Shown here: in pieces, positions 18,862 through 28,751 of the stretch
Numbering within the stretch: position 1 is the first letter of the stretch
Layout of the letters: the number at the start of each line of letters is the position of its first letter
NCBI RefSeq assembly: GCF_000284455.1
Contig: NC_017039.1
Span: 2,760,001-2,792,000 of the forward strand
Length of the DNA: 32,000 nucleotides
Reading direction: 5' to 3'
Source of the DNA: Synechocystis sp. PCC 6803 substr. PCC-P
GTDB taxonomy: Bacteria; Cyanobacteriota; Cyanobacteriia; Cyanobacteriales; Microcystaceae
Position numbers and translations under genes: made by a program
Notes under the pieces: generated by a model
What the model was told of the DNA's origin: nothing
The model's database searches: none
Seen by the model: only the letters and a program-made list of their open reading frames with translations

Positions 18862-19230
18862 GTGCTTCTTGCACAGCTTTTAACCACAGCTTAAGAGCGT
18901 GTTTGAAAAGCCTCCCTGGTCACCCAAGTTTGGGGGGAAACTAAGTCAAAGTCCCCCAGCATCGGGAGATTTAGGGAGCAGAGTCAGACTTTACAAACAG
19001 GTTCTAAGTCTTGGGAGTTATCCCTCATAATTCGAGCTAACTCAATCAAAACTTAAAGTTTACAGAAACTATTTTTAAAGCGATTTCTTCTACAGGGGAA
19101 GTCGCTTTTTGTTGCTTTTTTGGAGTTATTAATAACCTTACCAGTGTGCTATGATGCCAGGGTCAAAGCCCCTGGTAAGCAATTGAAATTAGTTGCTTTT
19201 ACTAATTTTTAACATCCCTTGATTATCACC

Positions 19231-22200
19231 ATGGTCGAATTAACTGAAAATCACTACAACCTACAACAGGAACTGGCCGATGCCCTCCAATCCCTGGGCC
19301 GTAGTATTCATTCTTTGGAAAGGGACATAGTTATTAGCCATTGTGAAATTAATGCCGACCATGGGGTGGGGGTTTTACTGCAAAGGCTTTTTCCCAACTC
19401 AGATGAGCTATTGACAATTCGCTCCCATGATCTTTACGGCGGGCAACAGGAGTTTGGCGATCGCCATTTTTTAGTGCAGGGAGGAAGTTTTGTCACCATT
19501 GCCCAACAGGTGCAGTGGCTGTTGCACTATTATGCTCCCCGAAGATTTTTATCGGTACCTTATTTCCCAGAGGATTACCAAATTTCCATTGCCCTAAAGC
19601 GACTGTATAACTGTCCATTGTGTGTTTTCATTATGGACGATCAAAATATCTACTCTCCCCAGGTACCCGATAGTTTGGTAGATGAATTATTGTACCGGGC
19701 TGATATTTGCTTGGGCATTTCCCGTCCCCTCTGTGATGCCTATGAAGCTAAATTCAAGCGTAAGTTTTGGTTTGTGCCTCCGGTGGTGCAGGGACATTTA
19801 ATTAAAACTGAACCGCCCCAGAGCTGGGACCGATCGCCGAGTAAGCGGCAGGGCGTGATGATTGGCAATGTCTGGAGTCAACAATGGTTAGATCAACTGC
19901 GTTCTTTGTGTCGAGCCACGGGGGTAAAAATTGATTGGTATGGTAACCCCAACCGGGATTGGCTGAATTTTAACGAAGCGGAGTTGGGAGAAGACGGCAT
20001 TAACTTTAAGGGCTTTGTGCCAGAAGATGAGTTAATTGATATTCTTCGAACCGCTGATTTTGCCGTTATTCCCACAGGCATTTCTGACCAGAGCGGCGAT
20101 CGCCCAGAATTAACAAAATTAAGCCTACCTTCCCGTAGTTGCTTTATCACTGCCACTGCCAATCTGCCAATTCTCGTTGTGGGCTCCCCCGAAAGTGCGG
20201 TGGCCCAATTTGTCCAGAGCCAGGGCATCGGTACTGTCTGTGCTTACCAACCAGAGGACTTTTCCGCCAAAATTGATTACTTATTAGAAAACCAAGGGCC
20301 CATGCGTAAACAAGCTTTTAAGCTGGGGCAAAACCTCAGTGCAGACGGCATTGCCCAATGGATTTGGGATTCCCTCGCCCAAGGTCAAGCTATGGATGCC
20401 CGTTTTGAAGCTCAGTCGGCCAAGATCATTGATGCCAGTGTGGTTGTCACCGCCAATGAAGTCACCCATCGCCACGGTACAGGGGCTTTGGTGCGGCGGG
20501 TGTTCCCCAACGATGGGCAAATTATTTCTGTGCGCTCCGACAATCATTACGGCGGTGAACATAACTTTGGTCTCGAGTCTTACTATCTTCCCCAGCGGGG
20601 CTGGAGCCGCAAGCAGGTTTTCACCAATATCACCCAGATTTTCGCTGACCATGAAGTTAGTCGGATCTTTTGTGTGCCCTATTACACCGAAGATGTGCTG
20701 ACGGCGATCGCCATTAAGGAATTATTTGGGGTCCCCCTGGGAATTTGGATTATGGACGACCAAAATATTCGAGTCAACAATATTCCCGATGCTCTGATGG
20801 AGGAATTTTTGCAAAAGGCAGATGTGCGCTTTGCCACTCACCCAGAACTGCGGGATGCCTACGAAAATAAATTTGGTTTGAAGTTTTGGATTTTGCCAGC
20901 AGTGGTTCCCCACAATTTAATTAAAACGACAGTGTTTGAGCCCCGACAGGAAAACTGTCAACAAAAGCGGGGCGCCCTCCTGGGCAGTATCTGGAGTCAA
21001 CGGTGGTTTGCCGACCTCTGTCACAGTGTGAAGGAAGCTGGTATGCAATTAGATTGGTACGGCAACTCCAAATATTATTGGCTAACGGAATCCGAACAGG
21101 ACTTACAAGCCAAAGGTATTTATCCTCAAGGACTTTTTCCCGAAGATAAGTTGGTGGAAAAACTGAAGGAATATCCTTTTGTGGTGGTTCCCACCGGCAC
21201 CATGGATGAGCGGGATGACCAGCCCCAGCTTTCTCAACTGAGTTTACCTGGACGGATCTTGTTTGCCCTGGCCACATCTAACACGCCAGTAATTTTGATG
21301 GGGAGCAAAAAAACCTCCGCCGCTAGTTTTATTAATCGTTTTCAGATTGGCGTGGTTTGTGACTATACCCCAGAAAGTTTTGGGGCTGCGGTGGCCGAAG
21401 TTTTAGACCCCCAACGTCAAAGGGTTCTTAGGGAAAATGCCGTGGCAGCAGCGGAAAAATTTAGTGATCACAATATTGACAGTTGGATTTGGAGTTCCCT
21501 TGCCGAAGGACAAGCCGCCGATGACCGCTTTGAATCCCTCTTCCGGCGATCGCCCATTGACTTAGTACATTTTATCGAGCCTCCAGTGCCCAGCCTGATC
21601 TACAAGGATTACACCCAAGTGTACCAAGTGATGCGGCGATTGAGAGTTAACCATTACCGCCCTGATTTTGTCATGGACGTGGGGGCTTCCCACGGTATTT
21701 GGTCCCACACCGCTAGTCAACTGTTTCCCGAAGCCCGCTTCATTTTAATTGATCCTCTGATTAATCGTTATGAACAGGCTGCCCGTAATTACTATCTTAA
21801 AAATATCCCCAAAGCTAAGTTTTTAGAAATTGCCGTTTCAAACGAATCGGGGCAGCTCAGTTTTCAGGTTTCCCCTGATCTTTACGGTAGTTCCCTGCTC
21901 ACCCCAGCGGACTTTCGGGATTATGAAACAGTGACAGTGGCGGTTAAAACCCTTGACCAAGTGGCTGAGGAAGAAAATCTCCAAGGGCGGGGTATTCTTA
22001 AACTGGATGTGCAGTGCGCCGAACATCTTGTCTTGGCGGGGGCAAATACTTTCCTCGAGCAGGTGGATCTAGTGATGGCAGAACTTTCCTATGTCCGCTA
22101 TGACGAAAATGCCCTGGTCTTTTTAGAGATGCTTAATCTCTTGGATCAATTGGGTTTCCGTTATTACGACGAAACCGGCGAATGGCGATCGCCCATTGAT

Positions 22201-22275
22201 GGTACCCTATTGCAAAAAGAAGTCGTATTCATCCGTCAGGATTTGTTAATACCTGAAACCAGTCGTAAAATTTAG
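19231..22275 (+). CDS. Two tandem glycosyltransferase-like modules fused to an FkbM-family methyltransferase
   Basis: ATG 19231 (track ORF starts upstream at TTG 19219). Two homologous halves (IMDDQNIY...WYGNPNRDWL...VVGSP / IMDDQNIR...WYGNSKYYWL...ILMGSK), then DVGASHGIWSHTASQLFPEARFILIDP...GILKLDVQCAEHLVLAG (SAM-dependent, FkbM-like). Confidence 0.82.
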   Translation: MVELTENHYNLQQELADALQSLGRSIHSLERDIVISHCEINADHGVGVLLQRLFPNSDELLTIRSHDLYGGQQEFGDRHFLVQGGSFVTIAQQVQWLLHYYAPRRFLSVPYFPEDYQISIALKRLYNCPLCVFIMDDQNIYSPQVPDSLVDELLYRADICLGISRPLCDAYEAKFKRKFWFVPPVVQGHLIKTEPPQSWDRSPSKRQGVMIGNVWSQQWLDQLRSLCRATGVKIDWYGNPNRDWLNFNEAELGEDGINFKGFVPEDELIDILRTADFAVIPTGISDQSGDRPELTKLSLPSRSCFITATANLPILVVGSPESAVAQFVQSQGIGTVCAYQPEDFSAKIDYLLENQGPMRKQAFKLGQNLSADGIAQWIWDSLAQGQAMDARFEAQSAKIIDASVVVTANEVTHRHGTGALVRRVFPNDGQIISVRSDNHYGGEHNFGLESYYLPQRGWSRKQVFTNITQIFADHEVSRIFCVPYYTEDVLTAIAIKELFGVPLGIWIMDDQNIRVNNIPDALMEEFLQKADVRFATHPELRDAYENKFGLKFWILPAVVPHNLIKTTVFEPRQENCQQKRGALLGSIWSQRWFADLCHSVKEAGMQLDWYGNSKYYWLTESEQDLQAKGIYPQGLFPEDKLVEKLKEYPFVVVPTGTMDERDDQPQLSQLSLPGRILFALATSNTPVILMGSKKTSAASFINRFQIGVVCDYTPESFGAAVAEVLDPQRQRVLRENAVAAAEKFSDHNIDSWIWSSLAEGQAADDRFESLFRRSPIDLVHFIEPPVPSLIYKDYTQVYQVMRRLRVNHYRPDFVMDVGASHGIWSHTASQLFPEARFILIDPLINRYEQAARNYYLKNIPKAKFLEIAVSNESGQLSFQVSPDLYGSSLLTPADFRDYETVTVAVKTLDQVAEEENLQGRGILKLDVQCAEHLVLAGANTFLEQVDLVMAELSYVRYDENALVFLEMLNLLDQLGFRYYDETGEWRSPIDGTLLQKEVVFIRQDLLIPETSRKI

Positions 22276-22330
22276 CTTTATTTTTTCTAGCTCTTCAATC
22301 TAATTCCTTTCTATTCCAAGCCTAATCATA

Positions 22331-23683
22331 ATGATTAAACAATTATTAAAAAATAATCGTATCGTTCAGAGAATCAAGGTATTGAAAGATCTTTTTCTAC
22401 AGAAATTAGATGACCTCCAGGCAAGTGTTGACCAAATTAAAATAACCACCGATCAAAACCTGGAAGAAATTAGATTAGAATTAGAGCAAAAAAATAGAAA
22501 TATTAATCAGATTTTGGAAAATCAAATATTTCTAATTAAGTCTGCCCTCGATACAGCTAGAACCATTAAATATTTAGTTGAAAGTGGACAGCAAAGACAA
22601 ATTATTGTCGAACAGATGATTAATGCTATCCATCAAGAATTTCAAAGAATTAGGGAAGAATCAGAGAGGAGTAACGGTTATATTCATCAAGAGTTTCAAA
22701 ATATCAGGAGCGAATCCCAGCAAAGGTATCAACTGCTCCACCAAGAGTTCCAGGCTGTTTTGGGTAATCTGCAGCACTACCAAGAAATTTTAATTGATAA
22801 GTTCTTGGATTTACAGGAAAACAGCCAACAGCAAGACGTTTTCTTACGAGAAACCCTAGCTCAGATTGCCGCTGATGTCCATGATCAAAAATTCAAAGTA
22901 GTCACCGATCCCAGCTATTTCCAGGCGATCGACATTGAGTTGATGGTTTATCTCTACTCTTATCTTCCCCACCGACGGACGATCGATGTGGGCGCCAACC
23001 GGGGCGATGTCTCCGCCAGATTGTTACAGACTGGCTACGAAGTTTATGCCTTTGAACCTTTCCCGCCAGTATTAGCCAAATTGCAGGAAAGATTGGGACA
23101 AAATAGCAATTTCCATGCTCTTGGCTACGCCCTAGGATCCGCCAATGAGACTAGGAATTTACACCTAGTGGTGGATCAAACGGAAGACAAAATCTTTGAT
23201 GATGCCACTTTTTATAGCAGTTTGACTCGCCATTCCCTCACTGAAGGCTTAGTCTTCCATGACAGTATTACAGTGGAAGTCAAAACCATCGCTAGTTTGC
23301 ATGAAGCGGGAACTCTGCCTGATGATATTGGCTTAGTCAAAATTGATACAGAAGGATTTGACCTAGAAGTTATTAAGGGCATGGGAAATTTTCGTTACCC
23401 AGTGGTATTGGCCGAATTTTGGGATCCCACTTTCCCCTTTGGGCAAACCGGGGCCATGAACCATCTAGTGGATATGGTGCCAGCTATGCGACAAAGGGAT
23501 TACCGCTGGCATATAATCATCTATCGCATCTGGGGGCAGCACGAGGTCAGTTATTACTGCAACTCGGACTATTCCTTAGAAAATTCTTGGGGCAATGTTT
23601 TCTTCTTTCAGGATTACGAAATCTTTAGCCAGGCTTTAAAATGGTGCAATTCAGTTATGCCCGCCACCTATTTTGCGGCGTAG
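22331..23683 (+). CDS. Coiled-coil protein with C-terminal FkbM-family methyltransferase domain
   Basis: 450 aa. N-terminal heptad/Q-rich region (YIHQEFQNIRSESQQRYQLLHQEFQAVLG), then TIDVGANRGDVSARLLQTGYEVYAFEPFPP...VGLVKIDTEGFDLEVIKGMG-type motifs. Confidence 0.82.
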   Translation: MIKQLLKNNRIVQRIKVLKDLFLQKLDDLQASVDQIKITTDQNLEEIRLELEQKNRNINQILENQIFLIKSALDTARTIKYLVESGQQRQIIVEQMINAIHQEFQRIREESERSNGYIHQEFQNIRSESQQRYQLLHQEFQAVLGNLQHYQEILIDKFLDLQENSQQQDVFLRETLAQIAADVHDQKFKVVTDPSYFQAIDIELMVYLYSYLPHRRTIDVGANRGDVSARLLQTGYEVYAFEPFPPVLAKLQERLGQNSNFHALGYALGSANETRNLHLVVDQTEDKIFDDATFYSSLTRHSLTEGLVFHDSITVEVKTIASLHEAGTLPDDIGLVKIDTEGFDLEVIKGMGNFRYPVVLAEFWDPTFPFGQTGAMNHLVDMVPAMRQRDYRWHIIIYRIWGQHEVSYYCNSDYSLENSWGNVFFFQDYEIFSQALKWCNSVMPATYFAA

Positions 23684-23768
23684 CTTGTCCCTAAATACTA
23701 AATGGAGCAAAAAAATTCGTCAGTAGTCATAATCAACAAAGTTCACCTGGAGTTCCACATCATCCCCC

Positions 23769-24545
23769 ATGCTATCACTTCAAGACAACTACTTGTATCT
23801 CTCTAAGCTAGGTGAATTTAAGCAATTGCAGGGGGGAATTGCCGGTTTTTTCTTGGAACAAAGTGCGGCTCTCTGGGATGCTTTGCTAAGTTTTCAAAAT
23901 ACCCATGGTATCCATGGCAATATGCTGGAAATTGGAGTTTACAAAGGTCTGTCAGCTTTGATGTCCTCCCTTCACCTTAAAGAAACAGAAAAATTTGTTC
24001 TAATCGATTGCACGCGCTATATTGAGGACGCAGAAGCCAACCTTGCTCCCATTTTGGGCACCAGAGGGAATTATATTCAGCAACCGTCTTATCAAGTAAC
24101 ACTCCACTCCCTTGGTGATTTGCGTTCTAGTTGCCGTTGGCTTCATATTGATGGTGAACATACGGGCAGGGCTGTGATTAATGATCTTGAATTGTGCGAA
24201 CAACTATTGTCAGATGACGGCATCATAGTTTTAGATGATTTTTTTAATCCTATGTATCCTCAATTAACGGAGGCGGCCTTTTCTTTTTTGTCGGCTAATA
24301 AACATAAGTTATCCATGTTTTTATGTGGTTGGAACAAAGCTTATTTAGCCCGACCACTATTTGCCTTTAACTACAGAAATTTTATTCGACAGGCTTTAGC
24401 CGCGGAGCTTCATCAAAGGGAAATTGACGATTTTATACTGACCAAAACCACCACACTGGATGAATCGACTTCCTTTGGCATAGTTCATCGTTTTACAGAT
24501 AGAGACTACTATGGTTTAGATTCCGATCCTGATTTTTTACCTTAA
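23769..24545 (+). CDS. Class I SAM-dependent methyltransferase-like protein
   Basis: 258 aa. GNMLEIGVYKGLSALMSS, VLIDC, RWLHIDGEHTGRAVINDLELCEQLLSDDGIIVLDDFFNP. Confidence 0.75.
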   Translation: MLSLQDNYLYLSKLGEFKQLQGGIAGFFLEQSAALWDALLSFQNTHGIHGNMLEIGVYKGLSALMSSLHLKETEKFVLIDCTRYIEDAEANLAPILGTRGNYIQQPSYQVTLHSLGDLRSSCRWLHIDGEHTGRAVINDLELCEQLLSDDGIIVLDDFFNPMYPQLTEAAFSFLSANKHKLSMFLCGWNKAYLARPLFAFNYRNFIRQALAAELHQREIDDFILTKTTTLDESTSFGIVHRFTDRDYYGLDSDPDFLP

Positions 24546-24625
24546 AGTCAAGCTAGCGTAATTAGTTGGGTTTTTATTTTTCGAAAAAATTGCTATCGAA
24601 TCAAGAGTTTAATATATTTTAACTC

Positions 24626-26245
24626 ATGAATAAGTTGCCAAAAATCACCAATACAAACAATGAGTTTTTTGTCAGTATCTTAGCCCTATTATTATTTATT
24701 GGCATATTTTTTATAACTGCATCCTATAGTGATTTATTGAACTCTGGCTTTCGTTATTTCATTGACGATCATCAGATTCCTGTGATGAAACAAGATCTCG
24801 ATAATCACGGCTTTTGGGAAACAGCAAAAATATGGATTAATCATGACAGAAGTATCCAGCGATTTCGTCCTTATTTTCAGCTGCAAGTGGTGACCATCAC
24901 CCAACTCCTGGGAGTTAACTCATTTTTGTGGTTTTCATATATTACTTTGCTGGGAGCTTTTACATCTTTTTTTCTGTTTGCTTTTGGACGAATCTTATTT
25001 TTTTCAATCCCGGTTTCTTTATTTTTTCCGATATCTACCTTGCTAGGAAAGCAATCAGAAATTTGGGTTAGGCCAATGATACCCGATGCTCAAGGTATGT
25101 TTTTTTTGTCGGCCGCCTTATTATTTATTGGTTTAAGCTGTAATCATAGTAAATATTCAAAAATCAACTCCGTAATTGCTATTATTTTAATTATAATAAT
25201 GTCCTTGTGTAAAGAGTCTTACATTATCTTTATACCGACTTTAATTTCTCTTAAGGTTTGGCTTTATAGCGATTTTCAAAAAACTTCCCTGTGGAAATCA
25301 ATTGATACCAATAGGATTTTTGTAGGAGTGTTATTAGCAGTAATGTTTTTAGAGCTTACCTATATAGTTTTTTTCTTGGGAACTAGCGGTATGGGGTACG
25401 CTGGCGTTGATAATGAAACATTAGATTTATTTGCTATTCTTAGAACATCAAAAGATCTATTACTACAAAGCTATTTTCTGCCTATCATAATAAGCATTGT
25501 AATTCTTTTTGTTACAACTCGCCTAACTCATCATTCATTATTAGTTACATTAAAAAAAATAATTCCTTTTATTATTCTGCTCTTCATTTCTCTAATTCCC
25601 CAAACTTTAATTTATACAAAATCAGGGATCATAGCTGCTTTTTATCTATTTCCTTTTATTCTTGTTTCCACCCTTTTATTGTCTAAGATTTTGTCGCTCA
25701 TTGGTGATAGTTGTAGGTGGCTTGGTGTTTTGCTAGTCTCTTGTTTATTATTTACACTTGTCTTTAATCAATCACCATTAGCTTGGGATATTTATTCCCA
25801 ACAATCTCAAGAAAAACAATATATGAATGAGCTGATAGACCAAATTGAAATATGCTCAGAGAAACCAGATCCAATTTTAGTGGTTCTTAATCCTAAAGTT
25901 CGTTATGAAGTATCAGACGCTCTACAAAAAGTTCTACGAAGTGTAAAGCATCGAGAACAATTGTTTATTGTTACTTATGGATTAGAAGGAAGTTTATTTT
26001 ACTCTGATAAATTGGCTGATACTGAAGCTGTGTGGAACTTTTTAGACCCCAAGGCAATCTTGCCTAGCTATAACGGAACATTATTGGATATTCATGATAA
26101 AGGTGATATTAAGACAATAGTGATATTTGATGGCTTAGATGATGATTTTGCCAAAAGTAATATAGATTGGTTTTCTCCAAAAGAATATCAAATGAAACGG
26201 TTTGATATTAGTCTTGCCCCCAGTACTCTTTACTGCAAAAAATAA
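24626..26245 (+). CDS. Polytopic membrane protein, possibly GT-C glycosyltransferase-like
   Basis: 539 aa with many hydrophobic segments and a hydrophilic C-terminal part; AT-rich gene located in a glycan-type cluster. Confidence 0.65.
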   Translation: MNKLPKITNTNNEFFVSILALLLFIGIFFITASYSDLLNSGFRYFIDDHQIPVMKQDLDNHGFWETAKIWINHDRSIQRFRPYFQLQVVTITQLLGVNSFLWFSYITLLGAFTSFFLFAFGRILFFSIPVSLFFPISTLLGKQSEIWVRPMIPDAQGMFFLSAALLFIGLSCNHSKYSKINSVIAIILIIIMSLCKESYIIFIPTLISLKVWLYSDFQKTSLWKSIDTNRIFVGVLLAVMFLELTYIVFFLGTSGMGYAGVDNETLDLFAILRTSKDLLLQSYFLPIIISIVILFVTTRLTHHSLLVTLKKIIPFIILLFISLIPQTLIYTKSGIIAAFYLFPFILVSTLLLSKILSLIGDSCRWLGVLLVSCLLFTLVFNQSPLAWDIYSQQSQEKQYMNELIDQIEICSEKPDPILVVLNPKVRYEVSDALQKVLRSVKHREQLFIVTYGLEGSLFYSDKLADTEAVWNFLDPKAILPSYNGTLLDIHDKGDIKTIVIFDGLDDDFAKSNIDWFSPKEYQMKRFDISLAPSTLYCKK

Positions 26246-26277
26246 ATTAACAATTATATATATTACGATCAATTTGT

Positions 26278-28074
26278 ATGATTAACTTTTCCGAAAACAG
26301 GACTACCAATTATTTCAAGCACTTCAATATTCAGTTTATTTTTCCTTATCTTTTTATTATTTCCCTTGTATTTTTTTCTCGTTTTCTTTTCATTAATGAT
26401 TTTGGACTTTACGAAGATGATTGGGCATTTAGTGGTACAGCTATCTCAAATAATTTAGCTCAAAACTGGATTAGGCTTAGGGCTTCCTTTGGTAGTTTTT
26501 GGCAGGGTCGTCCACTCCATATGACTTTTCTTACCTTTATCCCCTTTATCGGGGCAAAACTCGGAGGAATTAGGGCCCTATATTTAATTGGATTTACGAT
26601 TTTAAGTTTAAATGCTTGTCTTTGGTATTCTTTATTAAAAAAAATTACAAAAAATAAAAATGTGGCAATCATTGCTAGTTTACTTTTTGTCCTATATCCT
26701 GCCGATACAACATTTGGTCTTTTACAACATTTAATCGGTATCCAAACCGCTCTGTTGTTTCTTCTCATTGCCTTTCACGTTTACGTTTCTTCTTCTGAAA
26801 AACATAAATTAAACTATTTTAGGAAGCCAATCAGCTATGTTTTTGCAACTCTATCTCTGCTAGATTACGAAAGCTTATTCTTGATTTTTTTGACTGCCCC
26901 CCTGCTTAATCACCCCAAAAGTACAAAAAAGGAAAAACTCTATCATTTTCTAACCTTAACAATAATTCTTGCCATCTATTTATTTCTCAGAAAATTAGCT
27001 GGGGAATCTAGGATAAGTGGGATAACGGGACTTCAGCTTATCCAAAAAGTTGTATATCAAGTTTTCTGGGGTCCCTTAATAGCTTTTTATTCGTTTTTCA
27101 AACGTCCCATCGAAGTAATTTCATCCCCAAGGGTAGAGAATATTATTATTTTTTGTATTGGATTAATATTATTTTTTATCGTTCTAAGGTATTTATTCAA
27201 TAAACAGTTTTTACAAAATGATATCCCAGCAGATTTAAATACATTTCAAGAATTTTGGAAGTTGTCAGGGACAGGATTACTGATGACTATTCTAGGTTAT
27301 TCATCTGCATTACTTTTATCTGTTCACGATATCAATGGTCGGGCTTCCCGAGTTCATTTTTCTGCAGCTTTGGGCATTACTTTGATTCTTGCTTGTATTT
27401 GGGGTATTGCTTTTTATATTACCCGCGTGCATAAATTTTGGCATACATTATTAATTTTATTATTGTCTGTCTACCTCAGTTTTTTGTTAACCTTCTCGAT
27501 CAGCGTTCAGCAATATTATAAAATGAGTTGGCAATATCAACAGGCTTTTTGGCATGATGTTTTTACCTTAGTTCCTGACATCAAGGAGGGAACAATAATC
27601 CTTGTGCAAGCACCCAGTCTGGTCTGGGGTAAGCAAATTAATCCCTTTGACTGGAGCTTACCAGTTGTGTTGGAATCAATATATGACTTTCCCGATGATT
27701 GGCAATTTTCTCCAAGGACTTACCGTCTTAATTCAGATGTAGTTGAGCCTGAACAGTGGAAGGATAAAGTAATTAGCAATCGGAAGTTTGTTTTATCCGG
27801 TAAAAATGACGGCTTATTTTTTTACTTCCCCTGGGAACCAGAAAGAATAGTTGAACCCCAAGATGTTGTTTTACTAGTGGAAGAGCAAGGGCAATTAGTC
27901 AGGAAAGAGAAGTTCCAGACCACGGCTGGAGAAATAATTTATCTAAAGCCTAAGACAAACGATCAACCAACTCTAGATTTACCCACCACTGTTATTTTTG
28001 AACATTTGATGCCACCACCAGATTGTGATTATTGCGGTTCTGTTCCACGTATTTATTTTCAGCCTCAAGAGTAA
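26278..28074 (+). CDS. Polytopic membrane protein, possibly GT-C glycosyltransferase-like, with C-terminal CxxC tail
   Basis: 598 aa with many TM segments. An early FLINDFGLYEDDWAF resembles the GT-C extracytoplasmic acidic loop. Soluble C-terminal tail ends ...FEHLMPPPDCDYCGSVPRIYFQPQE. Confidence 0.68.
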   Translation: MINFSENRTTNYFKHFNIQFIFPYLFIISLVFFSRFLFINDFGLYEDDWAFSGTAISNNLAQNWIRLRASFGSFWQGRPLHMTFLTFIPFIGAKLGGIRALYLIGFTILSLNACLWYSLLKKITKNKNVAIIASLLFVLYPADTTFGLLQHLIGIQTALLFLLIAFHVYVSSSEKHKLNYFRKPISYVFATLSLLDYESLFLIFLTAPLLNHPKSTKKEKLYHFLTLTIILAIYLFLRKLAGESRISGITGLQLIQKVVYQVFWGPLIAFYSFFKRPIEVISSPRVENIIIFCIGLILFFIVLRYLFNKQFLQNDIPADLNTFQEFWKLSGTGLLMTILGYSSALLLSVHDINGRASRVHFSAALGITLILACIWGIAFYITRVHKFWHTLLILLLSVYLSFLLTFSISVQQYYKMSWQYQQAFWHDVFTLVPDIKEGTIILVQAPSLVWGKQINPFDWSLPVVLESIYDFPDDWQFSPRTYRLNSDVVEPEQWKDKVISNRKFVLSGKNDGLFFYFPWEPERIVEPQDVVLLVEEQGQLVRKEKFQTTAGEIIYLKPKTNDQPTLDLPTTVIFEHLMPPPDCDYCGSVPRIYFQPQE

Positions 28075-28454
28075 TTGACATTAGCTTGTTAGCAGGTTTG
28101 CTGGAGGCGGTTAAAGTAACAAAAAAATAGAATAAAGAGGATTAAGCGAATAAAGAAACATCTTTCTACGTTTGTAGCGTTTTTCAATCTAGCAATGCAT
28201 AAAAAGTTTCTTATTTTTTTTACTTCTCTTTTGTCAGACTGGGCAAGTTGATTTTTTGCAAACCCTCAAAGCCCATTAACAACAATGTATTTAGATTGTG
28301 TACTTCATAAAATACTAGCGCCCATGGTTATCGAGTCTTGAAAATCTTGAAATGCCTCCACAGTAAGACTTTTTGTGTAGTACTGAAAAATATTCTTTCC
28401 GAGATTCAGGAAAGAGGGGTAGTTGAGTGACAGCTTGTTTGAAAATTAGGCTCT

Positions 28455-28476
28455 AAGCCCTACTAAATAGGGTTTT
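28455..28476 (+). terminator. Possible intrinsic terminator hairpin
   Basis: AAGCCCTA-ctaaa-TAGGGTTT stem followed by a single T (TTTT in total), in the gap before the short 28.55-kb ORF. Confidence 0.3.
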
Positions 28477-28553
28477 CAGCGTTTATTATCAAAACATACT
28501 CAAATGTTTGCTCAGCAAGGGATTGAGCAAAACTTTTCAAACACATTCTAATT

Positions 28554-28751
28554 TTGCTAGTGCAGGAAAACAGAAAATTAGTCCGTAAAGACTATATCAA
28601 GACCAGCTCGGGACAAAAAATTGCTCTTAAGCCAAAACCACAATCCACTTTGCCGCCGAATTTTGCGACTCTCCCCGTATTTGATCGCGTCATGTCATCT
28701 AGTTGTGACCATTGCAGTAAAGTACCGCCCGTATACTTCGAAAATCCCTAA
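28554..28751 (+). pseudogene. Detached or duplicated C-terminal tail of the upstream membrane protein (gene fragment or small CxxC protein)
   Basis: LLVQENRKLVRKDYIKTSSGQKIALKPKPQSTLPPNFATLPVFDRVMSSSCDHCSKVPPVYFENP aligns with LLVEEQGQLVRKEKFQTTAGEIIYLKPKTNDQPTLDLPTTVIFEHLMPPPDCDYCGSVPRIYFQPQE. Starts with TTG; the frame is open upstream only to the stop at 28524-28526. Confidence 0.65.

Noticed and set aside
18880-18900. GTGTTTGAAAAG shared (inverted) between 18.89 kb and 28.54 kb as possible IS ends
   Set aside because: Only a 12-bp match, no transposase or target duplication in between; not enough to call an element.
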